Assembly (NCBI GenBank): GCA_035640005.1
Contig: DASQWY010000169.1
Coordinates: 1 to 43,346, forward strand
Direction of reading: 5' to 3'
DNA: 43,346 nucleotides
Source: Actinomycetes bacterium
Lineage (GTDB): Bacteria; Actinomycetota; CALGFH01
The number at the start of each line of letters is the position of its first letter. Positions within the stretch are counted from its first letter, which is position 1. Of the stretch, positions 9,232-16,785 are shown one piece after another. A program made the translations under genes and the position numbers. The notes beneath the pieces are model-generated. The model was given only the letters and a program-made list of their open reading frames with translations. It was not told the origin of the DNA and ran no database searches.

Positions 9232-10215
9232 TCAGCGTGTAGACCAACTGGCGGCCTGCAACACGCGGAGGGCGTTGAGCGTGAGCATCTCGTTGGGTCC
9301 CGACCGGCCCCAGTCGACCACCTCGACCGGGTACGACCCTGAACTCCGACTGCCAGGTGGGCGCCACCAGTACGCGCCGGGCTGCCAGCGGCCGTCAGGG
9401 CGTCGGCGCCGCACCAGCAGCTCCAGCGCATCGGCGGTGCGTGGATCGCCGGCCTTGCCGAGGCGCGAAAGGATCAGCAGCGCCTGCAGCACGTCGTAGT
9501 GCCAGTAGGCCGGGTAGTGCAGGACGACCCAGCGGCGGTCGATCACCTCCCCGTCGGCAAGCGAGCGGAACAGGCGATGGGACAGGAAGAGCTCGGTGGC
9601 TCGACCGGCGGCCTCGTGTGCCCAGGCAGCACCCGTGGCCAGCCAATACTCGTGCAGGCCCCATGCGGGCGGGAGCGACTCGTGGAACGACGAACGCCGA
9701 CCGCTGGCACGCGGGTCGCAGTTCCAGCCCCCGTCCGGCCACTGCCAGCCCACCAGCGACCGGGCCATCAGCTCGACCCTCGGGTCGCCGGCCATGCCGA
9801 CCCGGCAGGCGACCGCCAGCGCGTTGCCTTCCTGGGAGGCGCAGCGTCGGGCGAGCCCGGCGATCACCTTCACGCCACGGCGGTGCGACCGGCCCGTCAG
9901 CCAGTCCAGCACCGTCGAGGTGGCGGCGAGCACGCGTGGCTCGCCGGCCGGGACAGCCAACTCGACCAGCGAGACCAGGCGCCAGTGCGCCCCGGCAAAT
10001 TTGCTGTAGGGCCGGACCCCGAAGCCGCCGTCGGGCTGCTGGCCCGCCAGCAACGCGCGCACCTTCGGTCCGTCGAGGATCCGGGCCGCGTCCGCGGCCC
10101 AGGCGTCAGCATCGGCATCGCCGAGCAGGTCCCGGCGGGCGAGGTAGCGGACTGCCGGCTCCTCCGATGCCAGCAACCACGCCACTGAGGGGCTTGGATC
10201 GACGCCTGGGTCCAT
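9232..10215 (-). CDS. Hypothetical protein with prenyltransferase/squalene-cyclase-type (alpha/alpha toroid) repeats
   Basis: 327 aa from ATG 10215 (MDPGVDPS...). Three repeat signatures: QQPDGGFG, QWPDGGWN, RRPDGRWQ. The ORF-track N-terminal 88 codons are Arg/Pro-rich and unlikely to be coding. Confidence 0.55.
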   Translation of the reverse strand: MDPGVDPSPSVAWLLASEEPAVRYLARRDLLGDADADAWAADAARILDGPKVRALLAGQQPDGGFGVRPYSKFAGAHWRLVSLVELAVPAGEPRVLAATSTVLDWLTGRSHRRGVKVIAGLARRCASQEGNALAVACRVGMAGDPRVELMARSLVGWQWPDGGWNCDPRASGRRSSFHESLPPAWGLHEYWLATGAAWAHEAAGRATELFLSHRLFRSLADGEVIDRRWVVLHYPAYWHYDVLQALLILSRLGKAGDPRTADALELLVRRRRPDGRWQPGAYWWRPPGSRSSGSYPVEVVDWGRSGPNEMLTLNALRVLQAASWSTR

Positions 10216-10344
10216 GCTGCAGTGATAGCAGAGCCGGGGTCGCTGCACGACCCCTCCAGTGACCTGGCGCCGGCGGTTCGGCGGACGGCGCGGGGAAGCC
10301 GCAGCTCGAGCGCACGTCCGTGCTGGAGGGGGACCTGGGGGCCG

Positions 10345-10378
10345 GGACCCAGCCCGCCCGGATGGACGGGCTGGGTCC
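10345..10378 (-). terminator. GC-rich stem-loop downstream of the aminotransferase gene (possible terminator, no U-tract)
   Basis: ggacccagcccg (10345-10356) and cgggctgggtcc (10367-10378) form a perfect 12-bp stem with a 10-nt loop. Confidence 0.25.
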
Positions 10379-10533
10379 AGTTGAAACAGGTACCGACCCA
10401 GCCGGCTGCCGGTGGGCGGTAGCACCGGGGTCATCGGCGGCGTTTTGCTGGCGGAGGTGAGCGGCTGGGGTGTCGACAAGGGCCGTTGGGGATGGCGTGC
10501 AGCCGGGGCACCAGGCGGCGATAGGGCTGACGG

Positions 10534-11820
10534 TTAGACCCCGCCCCAGCCGGCGGGGCGACCTCGGTCCGGCGGGTCGGGGGCGGGGGTGCCACCGAGG
10601 GCTCGCAGCAGGTCGAGCTCCTCGGCCACCACGCCGGCGAGACGGCGGACCCCCTCGCGGATCCGCTCGGCGGGCGGGAAGCAGTAGGACAGGCGCAGGT
10701 ACGGGCCGCCCTGGGCGTCGGCGTAGAACGCGCCGCCGGGGACGAACGCGACCCGGGCGGCGATCGCCTTGGCCAGCATCACCCGGGTGTCCAGGCCCTC
10801 CGGCAGCCGCACCCAGACGTAGAAGCCGCCGCGCGGGTGGGTCCAGGCGACCCCGGGCGGGAAATCCTCGGCCAGGGCCTCCAGCATGGCGTCGCGCCGT
10901 TCGCGGTAGACCTCGCGCAGCGACTTGAGCGTCTCTCGCCACGGATAGCTGGAGAAGTAGCGGTAGGCGATCGCCTGCGTGAGGTTCGAGTGCGACAGGT
11001 TGGCGGCCTCCGTCACCAGCACCAGGCGCTCGCGCAGGGCCGGCGGGACCAGCGCCCAGCCGACCCGCAACCCGGGGCAGAACACCTTCGAGAGCGTGCC
11101 GAGGTAGACGACGTTGTCGGCGTCCCGGGCGCGGAGGGCGTGCGGCGGGTCGCCCTCGAACCCCAGCATCCCGTACGGGTTGTCCTCGACCACCAGCACG
11201 CCGTGGCGGCGGGCCAGTTCCAGCACGCGGTCGCGCCGGTCCTCGGCGAGCGTCACGCCGGCCGGGTTGTGGAAGTTCGGCACGGTGTAGATGAACTTGA
11301 CGCGGCGCCGCTCGCGGTCCAAGCGGTCGAGCTCCTCACCGAGCGCCTCCGGGTCGAGCCCGTCGTCGTCGAGGGGGACGTGCCGCACGTCGACCTGGTA
11401 CTGGGAGAACGCCGACAGCGCGCCGACGTAGGACGGTCCCTCGCCGACGATCACGTCACCCGGATCGCAGAACATTCGGGCCAGCAGGTCGAGCGCCTGC
11501 TGGGAGCCGACCGTGACGACCACGTCGTCGGCGGAGGCGTGGATCCCCTCGTGGCCCATGAGCTCGCCGAGGACCTCGCGGAGCCTCGGGTCGCCCTGCC
11601 CGCCGCCGTACTGCAACGCCGACGGTCCTTCCTCGGCCAGCACCTCGCCGACCACGTCGCCGACCACGTCGAAGGGAAGGGCGGCGGTGAAGGGCATACC
11701 GCCGGCCAGGCTCACGATCTCGGGCCTGGATGCGACCGCGAACAGGGCGCGGATCTCGGAGGCCGTCATCGACCGCGTCCCGTGGGCGTAGCGGTCGATG
11801 AAGGGATCATCGGCACGCAT
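10534..11820 (-). CDS. PLP-dependent aminotransferase (class I/II fold, 2-aminoadipate/aromatic aminotransferase-like)
   Basis: 428 aa. SALQYGGGQGDPRLRE, FIYTVPNFHNPAGVTL, PLP-lysine context YLGTLSKVFCPGLRVGW, LRLSYC. Confidence 0.85.
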   Translation of the reverse strand: MRADDPFIDRYAHGTRSMTASEIRALFAVASRPEIVSLAGGMPFTAALPFDVVGDVVGEVLAEEGPSALQYGGGQGDPRLREVLGELMGHEGIHASADDVVVTVGSQQALDLLARMFCDPGDVIVGEGPSYVGALSAFSQYQVDVRHVPLDDDGLDPEALGEELDRLDRERRRVKFIYTVPNFHNPAGVTLAEDRRDRVLELARRHGVLVVEDNPYGMLGFEGDPPHALRARDADNVVYLGTLSKVFCPGLRVGWALVPPALRERLVLVTEAANLSHSNLTQAIAYRYFSSYPWRETLKSLREVYRERRDAMLEALAEDFPPGVAWTHPRGGFYVWVRLPEGLDTRVMLAKAIAARVAFVPGGAFYADAQGGPYLRLSYCFPPAERIREGVRRLAGVVAEELDLLRALGGTPAPDPPDRGRPAGWGGV

Positions 11821-12027
11821 GAGCGAAGGATACGCTATATGGCGACCCCAACCGCCCGGCTGCTAGCATCGCGGCCACTGCCCGACTGTGGAGCCGCTCG
11901 TGCCCAGACTTTCGTTGCCGTTGCTCCGCCGCGTTGGTGGCAGCTTCCTCGTCGGGGTGCTCGCCGGGCTGGCCTGGGCCCTCCTCGCCATCCACCGCCG
12001 CCCGTCGCCCGCCGCCGGCTGACCGCC

Positions 12028-12660
12028 ATGGGCCGGAAGGTCGTGCCGCTCGGGGTCGAGACGCTGGACATGTTGCCCGACCCCTGCCGCCGCTGCGTGT
12101 TCTGGGAGCTCGGTCCGGGCGCCCGCCCGCGCGGCTCGGAGGAGGCGGGCCTGCAGAAGGAGGCGTGGATCTCGTCGATCGTGCTCGAATGGGGGCCGGC
12201 CGGCCACGTGCTGTCGGTCGACGGGGCGCTGGCTGGCTATTCGCTGTACGCCCCGACCCGCTTCCTCGAGCAGGTCGGCATCCAGGCCGCCAGACCGGTG
12301 AGCCGGGACGCGGTGCTGCTCGCCACCCTGGCGGTCGAGCCGTCCTTTGAGGGGCAGGGCATCGGCCGCGTGCTGCTGCAGACCATGGCCCGCGACCTGA
12401 GCAAGCGAAAGGTCCGGGCGGTCGAGGTGTTCGCCGACCGGGCCTGGACCCGGCGCCGCTGCCATGTCCCTGCCGGGTTCCTGGAGGCGAGCGGCTTCCA
12501 GGTGGTCCGCGAGCATCCTCGCTACCCGCTGATGCGGATGGACTTGCGCACCGCGCTCACCTGGAAGGACGCTCGTGAGGCGGCACTGGAGGCCCTGCGC
12601 GTGCCCGCTCCTGGTCAGCCCGCCCTGCGGCCGGTCCCATCCAGCCGGCGGAGGGACTGA
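12028..12660 (+). CDS. GNAT-family N-acetyltransferase-like protein
   Basis: 210 aa from ATG 12028. CRRCVFWE motif, then an acetyl-CoA-binding-like LAVEPSFEGQGIGRVLL. The upstream part of ORF 10837..12660 is antisense to the aminotransferase. Confidence 0.7.
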   Translation: MGRKVVPLGVETLDMLPDPCRRCVFWELGPGARPRGSEEAGLQKEAWISSIVLEWGPAGHVLSVDGALAGYSLYAPTRFLEQVGIQAARPVSRDAVLLATLAVEPSFEGQGIGRVLLQTMARDLSKRKVRAVEVFADRAWTRRRCHVPAGFLEASGFQVVREHPRYPLMRMDLRTALTWKDAREAALEALRVPAPGQPALRPVPSSRRRD

Positions 12661-12720
12661 ACCGCGGCGGGTCCCCGGGCGCGAAGCGTGGATTCCGGCG
12701 ATTTGCTAGAACCGGGCGAA

Positions 12721-13047
12721 TCAGACGATGAACTCGCCGATCTCGGACATGATGTTCCGCTTGGGCATGGCGCCGATCAGCCGCTTCTTCTCGACGCCAC
12801 CGACGAACAACGCCAGCGTGGGGATGCTCATGACCCCGTAGCGCATCGCGACGTCCGGGTTCTCGTCCACGTTCAGCTTGACGATCGTGATCTTGCCTTC
12901 ATGCTCGGCGGCGATCTCGCCAAGCACCGGGGCGACCATCTTGCAGGGGCCACACCACTCGGCCCAGAAGTCGACCAGCACGGGCTTGGTCGACCGGAGC
13001 ACGTCGTTATCGAACGTGGCGTCCGTCACGGCTGCGAACTTGCCCAT
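12721..13047 (-). CDS. trxA: Thioredoxin
   Basis: 108 aa with active site WAEWCGPCK. Confidence 0.95.
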   Translation of the reverse strand: MGKFAAVTDATFDNDVLRSTKPVLVDFWAEWCGPCKMVAPVLGEIAAEHEGKITIVKLNVDENPDVAMRYGVMSIPTLALFVGGVEKKRLIGAMPKRNIMSEIGEFIV

Positions 13048-13145
13048 AGCGGTTGGTGCATTCGGGATCTCGCGACCCCAGGCACCTCCACCTCCTCGAC
13101 ATCAGGACCTCGATGGCTCCGGTCGCCCGGTACTACCCCTAGCTC

Positions 13146-13171
13146 AACGGCGTGGCCCCACCTGCTATTCC
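13146..13171 (-). promoter_or_regulatory. SigR/SigH-type promoter (GGAAT-N18-GTT) upstream of trxA
   Basis: Minus strand reads taGGAATagcaggtggggccacgccGTTgag: GGAAT is the complement of 13167-13171, GTT the complement of 13146-13148, with an exact 18-nt spacer. About 100 nt upstream of the trxA ATG. Confidence 0.6.
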
Positions 13172-13257
13172 TATACTGCCTCGGTACTTCCCCGGTCACC
13201 ACCCTCCAACCTCGGAGCCGATCCGTGCGCCCCCTGCCTCGCTATACCCTGTCCGTT

Positions 13258-13506
13258 ATGGCCGCCTTCGTCGCCTTCGAGCTCTGGGTGGCCGTGCTCG
13301 CCGTGCTGCTGCGAGCCGCGTTCGGCCCAACGATCCCGACGGCTGTCCAGGCACTGGCCTCGCTGGCCGGCCTGACGGTCCCCACGGTCGTCGGCCTCGC
13401 GCTCTCGGACTATCTTGCCGACCGCCCAGGCCTGGTCAAACCATACCAGCCGAAACGGCGCGACCATCCCGGCGAGCCGGACGAGGGGGGAGGGTCGGAC
13501 GCCTGA
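13258..13506 (+). CDS. Small hypothetical membrane protein (82 aa)
   Basis: ATG 13258. Two hydrophobic segments (AAFVAFELWVAVLAVLL, LASLAGLTVPTVVGLAL), GC-rich third positions, charged tail. No recognisable family. Confidence 0.35.
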   Translation: MAAFVAFELWVAVLAVLLRAAFGPTIPTAVQALASLAGLTVPTVVGLALSDYLADRPGLVKPYQPKRRDHPGEPDEGGGSDA

Positions 13507-13661
13507 CCCCAGGTTCCGGCCGGGGTCGGGCGCGGGGGTCGGGGCCCGGGAATGGGAACCTGGGGCCGTGGTCGGGCGCTCGGGTCGGATGCCCGAGGAC
13601 CGGAGGAACCCGGGCCGGGGGTCGGGATCAGGGCTGGTGACGGGACCCCAGGGGGCGGACC

Positions 13662-14633
13662 CTAGTCCCAGGTGTCGGTGGTGGCGCCGGAGTCGTAGCC
13701 GTGGGCCTCCAGCCAGCGCTCGGCGTCGATGGCGGCGGCGCAGCCGGTACCGGCGGCGGTGACCGCCTGGCGGTAGGTGTGGTCGACCACGTCGCCGGCC
13801 GCGAACACGCCGTCGGCGCTGGTGGCGGTGCTCGGCGGGTTCGGGGTGAGCACGTAGCCGGCCTTGTCGAGCTCGACCTGGCCGGCCAGCAGCTCGGTGT
13901 TGGGCGTGTGCCCGATGGCCACGAACACGCCCGCGACCGGCAGCTCCCGCTCGGCGCCGTCGCGCACGTCGCGCAGCCGCACACCAGTGACCGTCTGCTC
14001 GCCGAGCACGTCGGTGACCGTCGAGTTCCAGGCGAACTCGATCTTGGGGTTGGCGAAGGCGCGGTCCTGCATGACCTTGGAGGCGCGCAGCCGGTCTCGC
14101 CGGTGCACGACCGTCACCTTGGTCGCGAACCTCGTCAGGAAGGTCGCCTCCTCCAGAGCGGAGTCGCCGCCGCCGACCACGGCCAGCTCGCGGTTGCGGA
14201 AGAAGAAGCCGTCGCAGGTCGCGCACGTCGACACGCCGCGGCCGAGGTACCGCCGCTCCGAGGGCAGGCCGAGCATGCGGGCCTTGGCGCCGGTGGCCAC
14301 GATCATCGCCTTGCCGCTGTACTCCTCGTCATCGACCCAGGCGCGGAACGGCGGACCGGACAGGTCCACCTTGGTGACGTCGGCGGTCACGAACTCGGCG
14401 CCGAACCGCGCCGCCTGCTCGCGCATCTTGCCCATCAGCTCCGGGCCGAGGATGCCGGTCGGGAACCCGGGGTAGTTCTCCACGTCGGTGGTGAGCATCA
14501 GCTGGCCACCGGCCTCGGCCCCTTCGAGCACGATCGGCCGCAGGTTGGCCCTGGCGGTGTAGAGCGCCGCCGTCAGGCCGGCCGGGCCGGAGCCGACGAT
14601 CAGCACCGGAGCACTGGTGCGGGAAGTGGCCAT
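13662..14633 (-). CDS. trxB: Thioredoxin-disulfide reductase
   Basis: 323 aa. FAD motif [11 protein letters not shown], redox-active CATCDG, NADPH motif [12 protein letters not shown]. Confidence 0.95.
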   Translation of the reverse strand: MATSRTSAPVLIVGSGPAGLTAALYTARANLRPIVLEGAEAGGQLMLTTDVENYPGFPTGILGPELMGKMREQAARFGAEFVTADVTKVDLSGPPFRAWVDDEEYSGKAMIVATGAKARMLGLPSERRYLGRGVSTCATCDGFFFRNRELAVVGGGDSALEEATFLTRFATKVTVVHRRDRLRASKVMQDRAFANPKIEFAWNSTVTDVLGEQTVTGVRLRDVRDGAERELPVAGVFVAIGHTPNTELLAGQVELDKAGYVLTPNPPSTATSADGVFAAGDVVDHTYRQAVTAAGTGCAAAIDAERWLEAHGYDSGATTDTWD

Positions 14634-14682
14634 CAGGATACGAGCGCCTCCTCATGGGCGGATAGGGACAGCCGAGCCTGTC

Positions 14683-14708
14683 AACGGATTGTCCCATACG
14701 ACTATTCC
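14683..14708 (-). promoter_or_regulatory. SigR/SigH-type promoter (GGAAT-N18-GTT) upstream of trxB
   Basis: Minus strand reads tcGGAATagtcgtatgggacaatccGTTgac with an exact 18-nt spacer. The -10 element lies about 50 nt upstream of the trxB ATG (14633), which is preceded by GAGGAGG. Confidence 0.65.
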
Positions 14709-14768
14709 GATACCCCGTCGGCCGCCAGGGTCACCAGGCGCCCGCCATTCTCGTACTCTGGTAGCAGC

Positions 14769-15263
14769 ATGACCGCCGACCAGACCAACCTCGCACCAAC
14801 CTGCGTCAACCACCCCAAGGTGGCGACCAGGCTGACCTGTTCGAGCTGCGGCGACCCGATCTGCCCGCGCTGCATGGTCGCCACCGCCGTTGGCCAGAAG
14901 TGCCCGCGCTGCGCCCGCCAGTCCGGCCGCGCCAAGGGCACCCCCGACCCGGTCCTGCTGGCCAGGGGGTTCGGCGCGGGCCTGGCGGTGGCCGTGGCCG
15001 GCGGCTTCCTGCTGCTGCTGGTGGTGCCGTTCGGAAGCCTGCTGCTTTCGCTGCTGTACGGCTTCCTGGTCGGGCTGGCGGTCGGCCGGGCGGCCCGACG
15101 CCGGACCCACCAGCGGCTCGGCCTGGCCGCGGCGGCCGCCGTGCTGCTCGGCATGAGCCTGGTCGTGCTGATCCTCGGCGGCAACCCGCTGGCGCCCCAG
15201 CTGCTGCTGTACGACCTGCTCGCCGGCGGGGTCGCGTTCGCCCGCGCCAGCGGCGCGTTCTGA
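14769..15263 (+). CDS. Zinc-ribbon (B-box-like) membrane protein, hypothetical
   Basis: 164 aa from ATG 14769. CVNHPKVATRLTCSSCGDPICPRCMVATAVGQKCPRC followed by about four hydrophobic helices. The upstream part of the ORF-track entry is antisense to trxB. Confidence 0.6.
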   Translation: MTADQTNLAPTCVNHPKVATRLTCSSCGDPICPRCMVATAVGQKCPRCARQSGRAKGTPDPVLLARGFGAGLAVAVAGGFLLLLVVPFGSLLLSLLYGFLVGLAVGRAARRRTHQRLGLAAAAAVLLGMSLVVLILGGNPLAPQLLLYDLLAGGVAFARASGAF

Positions 15264-16109
15264 TCAGCCCGCCGCGACCCGCTGGACGGGAGCGAGCGGC
15301 GCGCCGGCGCAGCCCCGCGGGAACGCGTACACCTCGGCCTGGCCCGCCGGCCCGGCCGCCACCAGCAGGGTCGCCGGGCGCCCCCGGAAGCTGGTCTCCA
15401 GCAGGAACGCGGCCCGCACCGGCCGGCCGGCCGCCCGGGCGGCGGCCGCGACGCAGGCGGACTGCTCGCTGGCGGCCACCCCGCCGCCGGCCTGGGCGCC
15501 CGGGGTGGCCGCCTTGGGCGGCGCCTGGTCCGCGGCCCCCGGCGCGGTGGAGCTCCCGCCGGCGGACTCCGACCGGCTGAACGGCTGCACCCCGGTCGCG
15601 GCGGCCCTGACGGCCGCGCCGGCGGCGGGGTTGGCGGCCAGCAGCTGGCGCAGCCGGGCCACCGAGAACTCGCCGGGCAGGCTGAGCACCGCCAACCCGG
15701 GGGGGCCCGGTGCCGGGGCGGCGGTGGACGCGGCGGTGGCGCGCCCGTTCGCCGTGGACGCCCCGCCTCCGCCGCCGGTCAGGTGCAGCAGCGGCAGCAG
15801 GGCGACGGCCACCAGCAGGGCGGCGGCCGCCCCCAGCACCGCCGGCCGCCGCCACCAGGCGACCCGCCTGGCAGGGAGCGAGGTGGCCTGCTCGCGGTCG
15901 ACCGCGGCCGCCAGCCGGTCGTGCAGGCCGGCGGGCAGTTCGGGCTCGTCGAGCAGGGCGAGCCCCTGGCGGGCCCTGCCGACCCCGGCGACCACCTCGG
16001 CGCAGGCGGGGCAGCCCAGCAGGTGGGCCTCGACGCGGCTCCGCTGGCGGCGGTCGCCGTCGCCGGCCTCGTAGGCGGCGAGCTGCTCGCGCTCGGGATG
16101 GTTGGGCAC
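15264..16109 (-). CDS. Anti-sigma factor (zf-HC2 type, single-pass membrane)
   Basis: 281 aa from GTG 16109. HLLGCPAC zinc motif near the N-terminus and a TM segment AVLGAAAALLVAVALLPLL. Starts 7 nt after the ECF sigma stop. Confidence 0.8.
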   Translation of the reverse strand: MPNHPEREQLAAYEAGDGDRRQRSRVEAHLLGCPACAEVVAGVGRARQGLALLDEPELPAGLHDRLAAAVDREQATSLPARRVAWWRRPAVLGAAAALLVAVALLPLLHLTGGGGGASTANGRATAASTAAPAPGPPGLAVLSLPGEFSVARLRQLLAANPAAGAAVRAAATGVQPFSRSESAGGSSTAPGAADQAPPKAATPGAQAGGGVAASEQSACVAAAARAAGRPVRAAFLLETSFRGRPATLLVAAGPAGQAEVYAFPRGCAGAPLAPVQRVAAG

Positions 16110-16116
16110 GCTGGCG

Positions 16117-16785
16117 TCACTCCTGGTTCGGATGATCAGGCTCCTTCGATTCCGACGCTCGCGCGCGCGTCCCGGTTCCCGGGCCGACCACGTGCAGGCC
16201 GCGCCGGACCGGCTCCACGCCCGGGCTGCCCGGCGGCTGGGGAGCCTCGCCGCCCTCCAGCTCGCCGGCGAGCGCCAGGCGGCCGCGGTAGACGCGGCTC
16301 TTCACCGTGCCGACCGGCACCTCGATGATCTGCGCGGCGTCGGCGTACGGCAGGCGGTACAGGTCACAGAGGACCAGCGCGACCCGGAACTCCTCCGGCA
16401 CCCTCGCCAGCGCCGCGTGCACCACCACGGCGCTGGCGACCGGCTCGCTCGGGTCGCCGCCCGTCGGCGCCGCCCGGTCGGCGGCCTCGGGGTCCAGCGG
16501 CAGCGCGCGCGCCCTGGTCCGGCGGCGCGCCTGGTCGGTCGCCGCGTTCACCGCGATCCGGTAGAGCCAGGTGGAGAACGCGGCCGCCTGGCGGAAGGTC
16601 GACGCCCGCCGCAGGGCGGCGAGGAACGCCTCCTGGGTGGCGTCCTCGGCGTCCTCCCGGTTGCCGAGGATGCGAAGGCACAGGCCGTACACGCGGCGTT
16701 CGTGGCGGGCGACCAGCTCGCCGAAGGCGTCCTGGTCGCCACGCAGGTGGGCGGCCAGCAGGCCTTCGTCGCTCCGCTGGCTCAC
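16117..16785 (-). CDS. ECF (group 4) RNA polymerase sigma factor, SigM-like by position
   Basis: 222 aa from GTG 16785. Region 2 AFGELVARHERRVYGLCLRILGNREDAEDATQEAFL...STWLYRIAVN; region 4 EFRVALVLCDLYRLPYADAAQIIEVPVGTVKSRVYRGR. The GTG overlaps the kinase stop (GTGA). Confidence 0.9.
   Translation of the reverse strand: MSQRSDEGLLAAHLRGDQDAFGELVARHERRVYGLCLRILGNREDAEDATQEAFLAALRRASTFRQAAAFSTWLYRIAVNAATDQARRRTRARALPLDPEAADRAAPTGGDPSEPVASAVVVHAALARVPEEFRVALVLCDLYRLPYADAAQIIEVPVGTVKSRVYRGRLALAGELEGGEAPQPPGSPGVEPVRRGLHVVGPGTGTRARASESKEPDHPNQE

Noticed and set aside
10837-12027. Upstream 1.2 kb of the 607-aa plus ORF ending at 12660
   Set aside because: It is antisense to the aminotransferase gene. 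Only the last 210 codons (from ATG 12028) show GNAT-like sequence.
13701-14768. Upstream 1 kb of the 520-aa plus ORF ending at 15263
   Set aside because: It is antisense to trxB. Only the last 164 codons (zinc-ribbon membrane protein) have protein-like composition.
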